A stretch of DNA of 18,036 nt, from contig JAWANB010000015.1 of the NCBI GenBank assembly GCA_038895675.1, positions 1-18,036 on the forward strand. The letters are read 5' to 3'. The position numbers and the translations under genes are program-made. This document shows, in pieces, positions 8,376 to 16,090 of the stretch. Positions within the stretch are counted from its first letter, which is position 1; each line of letters begins with the position of its first letter. The notes below the pieces were generated by a model. It searched no databases. It saw only the letters and a program-made list of their open reading frames with translations, and was not told the DNA's origin. This DNA is from Candidatus Iainarchaeum sp. GTDB lineage: Archaea > Iainarchaeota > Iainarchaeia > Iainarchaeales > Iainarchaeaceae.

Positions 8376-9047
8376 TTAAGAGCCTGGTCTTGAAAGCAAT
8401 TGCAATTTTTTTCCGTGCAAAATTATTTTGTCAGCATAACCTAAAAAAAGCCCTGTTTCTATTACGCCTGGCAAGTTCTTTGATTGTATTTCAAGGTCTT
8501 CATAACTAAATATTTTGTCAAAACGCACATCAATAACATAATTGCCTGTCTCTGTCTTGAAAGGCAAACCTCTAATTTCTCTCCTTGTAGCCTTTCCATA
8601 ACTATCCAATTGTGTTAGTGTTCTTTTCCAACCAAAAGTACAAACTTCAAAAGGAACAGAACCTTTTATTTTATCAACCATTGCTTTTTCTTCTGCTATT
8701 ACTATCAATGTAGCTGCGCTTTGAGCTATCATTTTGTCTCTAATAAAAGAATGACTATGCCTTTTCAAAAAATTATAATTAATGTCTATTTGGTCTGCAA
8801 AATCAATAGCAACATCAACTTCTCTTTCGTTCAAATCAGCAATGCTCAACCCTAAGCTAGAAGCTATTGTAGCGTTTTTCATTGAAGTTGGTACAAATTC
8901 TATACTATTTATGTCAATGTTTGCGTCTTCGATAGCCAAAGCCAATTTTTTCAAAAACTTTTCGCCAATAGAATTAGAACCTATGCTTACAACATAGCCG
9001 TCTTTTATGTAACGCAAAATTAGTTGCTCTATATGGCTTTCTTCCAT
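8376..9047 (-). CDS. rpiA: Ribose-5-phosphate isomerase A family protein with degenerate active-site motifs
   Basis: Co-linear with RpiA (FVPTS, DVAID, VPFEV, TETGNYVID, LPGVIETGLF), but GTGST is GSNSI, DGADE is DFADQ and KGGGGALLREK is KRHSHSFIRDK. Confidence 0.85.
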   Translation of the reverse strand: MEESHIEQLILRYIKDGYVVSIGSNSIGEKFLKKLALAIEDANIDINSIEFVPTSMKNATIASSLGLSIADLNEREVDVAIDFADQIDINYNFLKRHSHSFIRDKMIAQSAATLIVIAEEKAMVDKIKGSVPFEVCTFGWKRTLTQLDSYGKATRREIRGLPFKTETGNYVIDVRFDKIFSYEDLEIQSKNLPGVIETGLFLGYADKIILHGKKLQLLSRPGS

Positions 9048-9102
9048 AACAATTTTGACTACGAAGTTGTATTTAACTATTGGTTATTTGGTTTTAAAAA
9101 AA

Positions 9103-9176
9103 AGCCGGTGGGGAGATTTGAACTCCCGACCTGTCCGTTACCAACGGACTGCACCAACCAGCTATGCTACACCGGC
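9103..9176 (-). tRNA. tRNA-Thr(GGT)
   Basis: GCCGGTG/CACCGGC with T73, anticodon arm GTCCG-TTGGTAA-CGGAC, T arm GGGAG-TTCAAAT-CTCCC. Confidence 0.96.
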
Positions 9177-9219
9177 AAACAAAAAAAATTACACTAAAAA
9201 CAATTAAAAAAGGGAAGAG

Positions 9220-9294
9220 TGCCCTGGACGGGATTTGAACCCGTGTGTCCACCGTGAGAGGGTGGTGTCCTTGACCGGGCTAGACGACCAGGGC
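9220..9294 (-). tRNA. tRNA-Glu(CTC)
   Basis: GCCCTGG/CCAGGGC with A73, anticodon arm CCACC-CTCTCAC-GGTGG, T arm ACGGG-TTCAAAT-CCCGT. It lies in tandem 43 nt upstream of tRNA-Thr(GGT). Confidence 0.96.
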
Positions 9295-9380
9295 TTGCAA
9301 TAAAACAAAACACAGAGTAATTTTAAAATTAAAGCTTTTTAAACCAACAAAATTAATAATTAAAGAATTGTTATTAAAAA

Positions 9381-10334
9381 ATGGCTGAATTAATTCAAAG
9401 CATTTTAACACTAACCTTTGGAGCCTTGCTTGTTTCTTTTTGCGCTTCAATAGCAATAAAAAAAACTTTAGCTTTGTCTTACCACTTAAGAATTTCAGAG
9501 TTTGCGATAAGCTTTATTCTAATTGGAGTTTTGGCGGTTTTCCCAGAAATGCTTATTGGTGTCTTGTCAGCTTTAGAAAACACATCCTCTTTTGGAGCAG
9601 GAGTTGTGATAGGCTCTAACATAGCTGACTTGACTCTAATAATAGGCTTAGTGGCATTAGCAACTAACGGAATGAAACTTAGCACAAACACGATAAACGG
9701 ATTTAAAAGAATAGTATTATTGAGTTCTTTGCCTTTGATTTTTTTTCTTGATGGAGAACTCTCAAAAATTGAAGGACTTGCTTTGGTATTATGCTTTGCG
9801 TTTTACTTATTCTTCATATTAAAAAAACACACCATAAGCGTAGAAAAACCAGACAACTTTTACAAAAAAGACGACTTGTTGAAAGACGCTGCAATTCTCT
9901 TACTAATGATAATTATAATGGTCATCTCTTCACACTTTATAATAGAGTCTGCAAAATCAATTAATGTCCTCTTAGGAATACCTGTTTTCTTTATAGGCGT
10001 CATACTTGCAGTAGTAACTTGCTTCCCTGAGTTCACGGTTGCCCTAAAAGCAAACAAGCATAGGCACGGCGAAATAGGCTTTGGTGACATTATTGGAAAC
10101 GTCTTTGCAGACTCTTTGCTCACTTTAGGAGTAATAGCAATGATATCACCAATAGTTCCTGCAAAACCTTATTCTACTTTGCTTGCTTTGTTTATAATGC
10201 TCTTTGCAATGACTACTTTGCTTGTTTTGGCAAGGTCTGAAAAAGAAATCTCAAAAGACGAAGGGGCTTTTTTGGTTGGAATCTATTTTTTACTAATAAT
10301 AATACAATACTTTTTAGGCGTAGAAACACATTGA
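9381..10334 (+). CDS. Cation/Ca2+ exchanger (CaCA, YrbG/NCX_Mj-like) antiporter
   Basis: About 10 TM segments in two repeats, with alpha-1 (FPEMLIG...IGSNIADL) and alpha-2 (TCFPEFTVA...IIGNVFADS) motifs. Confidence 0.9.
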   Translation: MAELIQSILTLTFGALLVSFCASIAIKKTLALSYHLRISEFAISFILIGVLAVFPEMLIGVLSALENTSSFGAGVVIGSNIADLTLIIGLVALATNGMKLSTNTINGFKRIVLLSSLPLIFFLDGELSKIEGLALVLCFAFYLFFILKKHTISVEKPDNFYKKDDLLKDAAILLLMIIIMVISSHFIIESAKSINVLLGIPVFFIGVILAVVTCFPEFTVALKANKHRHGEIGFGDIIGNVFADSLLTLGVIAMISPIVPAKPYSTLLALFIMLFAMTTLLVLARSEKEISKDEGAFLVGIYFLLIIIQYFLGVETH

Positions 10335-10973
10335 CTACCAATAAGGCAGAATAGTTTGCTTGAATTCCTCAATAGAAATTTCACTCATAGTCTTGTCTTC
10401 AAAAACTAAATGACCTTTTTTTGGCCAAGCTTTCCAAACTTTTGAAAAACCTTTTTTCTTTATTTCCTCACAATAAAAAAAAACTTCTTTGAAATGAATT
10501 TTACTAAAGTCCTCATAACAAACATTGCCCTTAAAATGCAAGCCATGACAAAAATGATAAGCCTTTGAATAATCCTTGATTTCACCACGAGAAATAAAAG
10601 GAAACAAAATGCACTCCAAAGGCCTTGCTTCGTAAATCAAACAACCTTTTTCTTCATCATAAAAAACACACGCTCCATTATTTCTAACTAAAGCTATCAT
10701 AGGCAAAGCCACAAAAAAATTAGGCAAGGCACCAACTCTCTCTTTGAGCCTTTCAACTATTCTTTTAGGCAAAAAAGAACTCTGAATAACGAGCTTTGAA
10801 TCAGAATAATCTGAAAAAAAAATTTGAAGAAAAAGCCTTGTCTTTGTTTGAACAAAATTTTTTAAGCCTAAATTCAAATACTTTGCCTGTCTATCTGCTT
10901 CACGAGGCATTATTATTATATCGTACCTTTTACAACATTCACCGCAATGTTGGCAAACAAAAAAATGAGACAT
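10335..10973 (-). CDS. YkgJ-family cysteine-cluster protein (CxxCxxCC, putative Zn/Fe binding)
   Basis: CQHCGECC, CVFY...CLIYEARPLECILFPF and a further CHG. Its stop codon directly abuts the antiporter stop. Confidence 0.9.
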   Translation of the reverse strand: MSHFFVCQHCGECCKRYDIIIMPREADRQAKYLNLGLKNFVQTKTRLFLQIFFSDYSDSKLVIQSSFLPKRIVERLKERVGALPNFFVALPMIALVRNNGACVFYDEEKGCLIYEARPLECILFPFISRGEIKDYSKAYHFCHGLHFKGNVCYEDFSKIHFKEVFFYCEEIKKKGFSKVWKAWPKKGHLVFEDKTMSEISIEEFKQTILPYW

Positions 10974-11076
10974 AAAAAAGTAGGGATAAAAAGCATTTTA
11001 AACGCCAAACAATAAGAAAATTAAACTCCTAAAACAAAGCCATTTTTATAATTTATTTTATACTTCATCTTAATAA

Positions 11077-11149
11077 GCCTCCGTGGCTCAGCGGTTAGAG
11101 CAGCGGTTTTGTAAACCGCGGGTCGTGGGTTCGAATCCCATCGGAGGCT
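11077..11149 (+). tRNA. tRNA-Thr(TGT)
   Basis: GCCTCCG/CGGAGGC with T73, anticodon arm GCGGT-TTTGTAA-ACCGC, T arm GTGGG-TTCGAAT-CCCAT. Confidence 0.96.
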
Positions 11150-11242
11150 CTATTAGTTTTATTTATAAACTTAACTTTTATTTCAGAAAAAAAAACAATA
11201 AAGTTTTAATAACTTTTTAAGAGATTTTTTTATAGTGGGAAT

Positions 11243-14200
11243 GTGATTTTAAAAAAAACAAATTATGCTTTAACTATTTTAGCATTGGTGTTTTTTGGAT
11301 TTACAATAAATACTTTCGGCATAAACGACACGTTTTCAATTAAAGAAATTAAAGATATAGAAATACAAAAATACCTATTACAAAAAAAGTCATCAACAAA
11401 CAAAGAAATTCAAGAAAGAACAAATAGCGAACTTAAGTTAAGTAAAACATTACAAGAAAAAAGACAAATTAACTCTGGAAAAGAATATATTAACGTTATT
11501 ATTTCTCTAAAAAATGAAAGGTTGAACGACATTATAAAGAAAAATGAAGAAAAATATAAAGAAAAAACAAAGAGATATGTAAATTCCCTTAAAGAGATCT
11601 TAAAAGAAAATAACTATTCTGTGGAAAATAAAAACAAGGTAAAAGAAATACTTGATAGAATTGATTATGAAAATGATATAAAAAAGAAAGAAATTTATTT
11701 AGAACAAAAAAAGATAGTACAAAAAGATCAACAAGAAATACAAAAAATTGTAGAAAATTGCGGTGGAGTGAATAAAGGCAGTACGGCACTGGCAAACCAA
11801 GTATTTGCAAAAATACCTCAATATTGCTTAGATAACCTCATTAAAAATGACTTAGTGGTAAAAGTATATGAAGACAAAATAAATAAAATAAATTTAGAAA
11901 CTAGTGTTTGTACTATTGGCGCATATAGTTGGTATAATAATGATTATAATGGTTATAGCAATGGAGTTTGGGATTTAGCAATAGTTGATACAGGAATAGA
12001 TTCTACGCACCCTGCATTGCCAGCTACTTATGGAAAAGTATTTCATGATACAGCAAAGACAAACTCAGATTATGCAGATGATTACACAAGTAGTGATGAC
12101 CTGCATGGCCACGGGACACATGTTGCTGGAATAATTTCTAGTAAAGATGCTTTATACAAAGGTGTTGCAAATGGGATAGATAAAATAATAAATGCAAAAG
12201 TTTGTTATTTGGCCACTGATGGATATGGGTATTGTTATTTCTCTGATGAAATAATGGGATTAGAATGGGCAATTACTGAACAAGGAGCAGATGTCATAAA
12301 TAGAAGTATTGAGATGTGTATTCCTGAAGAAGAAGAGGATTGCATAATAGCAAAAATTTTAGATTTATTTGTAGACTATTATGGGGTAACTATAGTAAAC
12401 TCAGCTGGAAATAACGGACCTAATCCATCTACAATAAGTGCCGTTGCATATAATGCAATTAGTGTTGCAAGCACTGACGACAAAAAAACGTGTAGTATTT
12501 CTGATGATACAATCAGCTTTTATAGTGGAAGAGGCCCTACATTAAATGGAAGAATAAAACCAGATATAGCAGCTCCTGGAAACAATATAATTTCTTGTAA
12601 TAGCGAATGGGAAGGAAACAACCCTGACTTTGTTCAAATGAGTGGCACAAGCATGGCAGCACCACACGTGGCAGGAGCGGCAATTCTTATAAATTCTAAG
12701 AAGGGGTATATACCAGACCCAAAGGAAATTAAGGCTCTTTTAATAAATTCTGCAAACAGCAAAGGTGTTTTTGGAAACAAAAATGACTTTGGTTGGGGAA
12801 TAATGGATTTAAGCAATGCTTATAATTCAAAAGATTATATAGACATCAATTTACTTACAAAAGACTACCAATACAAATATTATAATGGAAATCTCAAAAA
12901 GGATCAAAAAGCAACTTTAGTCTGGAATAGACATTTAAAAGATAGAATTTATTTTAGTGATTTAGACCTTTATTTATTTAACGAGAGTGACAACTCATTA
13001 CTTGATTATTCTATAAGCGCAGTAGACAATGTAGAACAAGTGGAATCACCTGGAGATTACAATGTTGTATTAATAATAAATGCGTATTATATAGATTCTA
13101 ATTCTGACATAGAAGAATTTGCTATTGCTACAGAAGGAAGCTTTAAGGCAGTCAATATAATAAATCCAAGTATTGACTTAAACGTGCCAAACAAAGTACC
13201 GAAAAACTCTTTCACAATTACTGCACAAATTCAAAATAATAGTGACTTGAAACTTTTTGATACAAATGTAACTCTAAATCTCCCGCCAGATCTAAAAGAT
13301 TTAAATGTAATAAATGGCTCAAATAAACAAAATATAGGAATGATAATGCCTAAAGAAATAAAAATAATTAGTTGGGATTTAAATGTCCCATATGGAACAT
13401 ATAACGATATCAATGCTTCTTTTTCAGCAGTTAGTTATGGTTTGAATTTTAATTATTCTACTCAAAATTACACAATAACAATATATGATGGGATTCCTCC
13501 AACTTTAAATGAAATAACGCCTATTGCTCTTATAACTAACGACAATACACCAGAATATACTTTTAGTTCTACTGAAATGGGAACATTAACATATGAAGGT
13601 GACTGTAATAGTGACACAACAACAGTAATAGAAGGAATCAATACAATAACATTCAACACATTACCAGATGGAAATCATTATAATTGTGCAATTCAAGTCA
13701 CAGATCAAGCAGGCAATACATCGGAAAAATTAAACATAACAAGTTTTATAATAGATACAACACCACCCATAATAATATCACAAACACCATTAAACAATTC
13801 ATACATTACAAATTTACCTAATGCAACATTTACAATTAATTATTCAGAAGAAAATCTTGAGTTGATAAAATTATATTGGAATGAGACTTGGCCATTCGCA
13901 TGTGAAAACATAAATGAATGTCCTCCTTTAATACTAAATGAATGCGAAAACGGCTCAAACAAAACATGCGACATAAATCTAAACTTATCAAACTATTCTA
14001 ACGACCAAAAAATAAAATATTATTTTGAAATAGTAGACAAAGTGGAAAACTCAACAAATGGATTGGATGAAAATGGAAGCCCATATAACTTAACAATTGA
14101 TACGATTCCACCAATGACAAATTCTGACGCTAATAACACATGGCAAAATTTTGATGCCAGAATAAGATTAACATGCCAGGAAGTAAATGGAAGTGGTTGC

Positions 14201-15904
14201 AATAATTTAAGATATAGGATAGATATGGACCCCACAAACGAAATATTATATGGCTTATGGCAAGATTACAATCAAAGTATTTTGATTAACCAAGATGGAA
14301 ATTGGGCAATAGAATTTAACAGTACAGACAAAGCAGGAAATACTGAAAATGCAAAAACACAATATATATTAATTGATAAAACACCACCAACAACAATGGC
14401 ACAATCAGAAAACTATAACTTTAAAATATGGGCAAAATCAGATATAACAGTAATATTATATTGTGACGACCAAAACAAAAGTGGCTGCAACAACACAAAA
14501 TATTGTACAGATACAACAAATTCTTGTGAACCTACAATAGAATATTCTTCACCAATTAATATAACAACAAAAGGAGTTTCTTATATAAGATTCAAAAGCC
14601 AAGATGCTCTTCAAAATATTGAACAGACAAAAAGTAAGATAATAAAAATAATTGATTCAAACCAAATAATAGCAGACAATAATTATATAGTTATAGACAC
14701 AACTATAAATGAGATTATTGTACAAGAAGGGTCAATAATAAAAGATATTAAGATAAGTTCAGAAATTCCGTTTGATAAATACATAATATTGAATTTATCT
14801 TCGCTACTAGATGATAATAATATAATAACTCTACCAAACGAAATTAATCTAACAAGGGAATCTGACTATAATTACTTAGTAAACATACAAAATGGAACTA
14901 TAATACAAGCAGATTCAGATTGGAATGGATTATTAATAGCACCTACAATAAAAATAAATCCCAAAGTTAATCCAATACCAGACAATGGAAAAAATATAAA
15001 TGAAATTTCAAAAGTTATTGAAATAGGTTATGAAGGAAAAAAAATAACATTAGATAAAGCAGCAAGAATATTAATACCAAACCAAGCGGGGAAAGATGTA
15101 GGTTATTCAATAGATAATACGTTTTACAAAATAACAGAAATTTGTTTAGAAGATAGTCAAACAACAAACAATGTGTTGCCAAAAGATAAAGAATGTAAAA
15201 TAGATGTTAATTCGGATTTAGTAATTTGGACTAAACATTTCACAGAATTTTTAGTGTATAGCCAATCAACAACTAATAATAATACGCAGACAGACAATAG
15301 TACAACAGTTAATAATGAAAGCACTTCTAACTCCTTATCTTCTCCACCTATAAGTTCATACGCTGGAAGCAGTTCTAGTGGCGGCAATAGATTAGTAAAA
15401 GTAAGTGAAAACGAAGAAAAAATAGATTTAGAAATCAACACAGAAGGAAACTGCATACAAAAACCTATCTATATAAAAGTACAAAAGATTGAAGGAAAAC
15501 AAAATGTAAGTAATGCAAAAATAAAAGTAATGCAAAATGGTGTGAAAATAACTGAATTATTAACAGATACTAACGGAGAAGCAACGATAACATTAGATTC
15601 TATAGGATTTTATGAGTTTATTGCTGAAAGCTTACAAATGAAATCAAAAGTAAAATATGTGGAAATAGTAGATTGTGAAATTGCACAAACAGACATGAAA
15701 GAAGAAAGAAAAACAGAAGTGAAAGACATAACTGAGATAAAAAAAGAAGAAGACAATTCAAAAGAAACACAAAATAAAACTCTTACAGGTTTCTTAAGTC
15801 TTGTAAATGATAAGATAAAGATAATAATTATAGGATTAATAATGTTATTGTCAACTATTTTTATCGCCTATTTTATTCATAAGATTCGGAGAAGAATAAA
15901 ATAA
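11243..15904 (+). CDS. Large secreted, C-terminally membrane-anchored S8 (subtilisin-like) serine protease with Ig-like stalk
   Basis: Signal peptide and propeptide, catalytic triad D249 (IVDTGID), H290 (HGTHVAG) and S470 (GTSMAAPHVAG), oxyanion SAGNNG, beta-sandwich repeats, Ser/Thr-rich linker, C-terminal TM helix and KIRRRIK tail. GTG start. Confidence 0.93.
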   Translation: MILKKTNYALTILALVFFGFTINTFGINDTFSIKEIKDIEIQKYLLQKKSSTNKEIQERTNSELKLSKTLQEKRQINSGKEYINVIISLKNERLNDIIKKNEEKYKEKTKRYVNSLKEILKENNYSVENKNKVKEILDRIDYENDIKKKEIYLEQKKIVQKDQQEIQKIVENCGGVNKGSTALANQVFAKIPQYCLDNLIKNDLVVKVYEDKINKINLETSVCTIGAYSWYNNDYNGYSNGVWDLAIVDTGIDSTHPALPATYGKVFHDTAKTNSDYADDYTSSDDLHGHGTHVAGIISSKDALYKGVANGIDKIINAKVCYLATDGYGYCYFSDEIMGLEWAITEQGADVINRSIEMCIPEEEEDCIIAKILDLFVDYYGVTIVNSAGNNGPNPSTISAVAYNAISVASTDDKKTCSISDDTISFYSGRGPTLNGRIKPDIAAPGNNIISCNSEWEGNNPDFVQMSGTSMAAPHVAGAAILINSKKGYIPDPKEIKALLINSANSKGVFGNKNDFGWGIMDLSNAYNSKDYIDINLLTKDYQYKYYNGNLKKDQKATLVWNRHLKDRIYFSDLDLYLFNESDNSLLDYSISAVDNVEQVESPGDYNVVLIINAYYIDSNSDIEEFAIATEGSFKAVNIINPSIDLNVPNKVPKNSFTITAQIQNNSDLKLFDTNVTLNLPPDLKDLNVINGSNKQNIGMIMPKEIKIISWDLNVPYGTYNDINASFSAVSYGLNFNYSTQNYTITIYDGIPPTLNEITPIALITNDNTPEYTFSSTEMGTLTYEGDCNSDTTTVIEGINTITFNTLPDGNHYNCAIQVTDQAGNTSEKLNITSFIIDTTPPIIISQTPLNNSYITNLPNATFTINYSEENLELIKLYWNETWPFACENINECPPLILNECENGSNKTCDINLNLSNYSNDQKIKYYFEIVDKVENSTNGLDENGSPYNLTIDTIPPMTNSDANNTWQNFDARIRLTCQEVNGSGCNNLRYRIDMDPTNEILYGLWQDYNQSILINQDGNWAIEFNSTDKAGNTENAKTQYILIDKTPPTTMAQSENYNFKIWAKSDITVILYCDDQNKSGCNNTKYCTDTTNSCEPTIEYSSPINITTKGVSYIRFKSQDALQNIEQTKSKIIKIIDSNQIIADNNYIVIDTTINEIIVQEGSIIKDIKISSEIPFDKYIILNLSSLLDDNNIITLPNEINLTRESDYNYLVNIQNGTIIQADSDWNGLLIAPTIKINPKVNPIPDNGKNINEISKVIEIGYEGKKITLDKAARILIPNQAGKDVGYSIDNTFYKITEICLEDSQTTNNVLPKDKECKIDVNSDLVIWTKHFTEFLVYSQSTTNNNTQTDNSTTVNNESTSNSLSSPPISSYAGSSSSGGNRLVKVSENEEKIDLEINTEGNCIQKPIYIKVQKIEGKQNVSNAKIKVMQNGVKITELLTDTNGEATITLDSIGFYEFIAESLQMKSKVKYVEIVDCEIAQTDMKEERKTEVKDITEIKKEEDNSKETQNKTLTGFLSLVNDKIKIIIIGLIMLLSTIFIAYFIHKIRRRIK
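13487..14656 (+). repeat. Four degenerate Ig-like protein repeats within the protease
   Basis: Units open with DGIPP, DTTPP, DTIPP and DKTPP and close with TDQAGN, VDKVEN, TDKAGN and QDALQN. The last two share CxxxNxSGCNNx(R/K)Y. Confidence 0.75.
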
Positions 15905-15964
15905 ATAATAAAAATGAATGAAAATTATTCCCGCCTCCCGGATTTGCACCGGGGATCTTCCGGT

Positions 15965-16090
15965 AACCGCACAAAAATGTACGGCTATTTTTCTTCCGCT
16001 AAAAGCGGATGAACGTCGAAACAAAAAGTAATTCTCTTTCTTTTTCGTCGACGTTTTTCTTTCTCTTTGAAGAGAAAGAAAAAGACCGTT
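15965..16090 (-). other. tRNA intron with bulge-helix-bulge-like junction
   Basis: Central helix CTGT:GCGG (two G-U pairs) is flanked by 3-nt bulges AG^A and TT^A. Removing the intron restores a 7-nt anticodon loop CTGTAGA. Confidence 0.88.
16032..16083. repeat. Mirror plus inverted polypyrimidine/polypurine repeat (potential intrastrand triplex)
   Basis: TTCTCTTTCTTTTT (16032-45), CGTCGACG (palindrome), TTTTTCTTTCTCTT (16054-67), TG, AAGAGAAAGAAAAA (16070-83). Confidence 0.9.

Noticed and set aside
506..15456. The remaining short ORFs nested in or antisense to the main genes
   Set aside because: They overlap well-supported genes and show no recognisable motifs.
15965..16090. Group I intron, or an alternative splice giving tRNA-Asn(GTT)
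   Set aside because: 126 nt is too short and I see no P7 core. Splicing after a terminal G would put T at position 37, and C1:G72/A73 specify Tyr. The BHB junction at 37/38 fits.
15965..16090. The intron is 42 codons with one stop-free frame, so a circularised intron would be an endless ORF
   Set aside because: There is no ATG or ribosome-binding site, and a stop-free frame this short can easily arise by chance.
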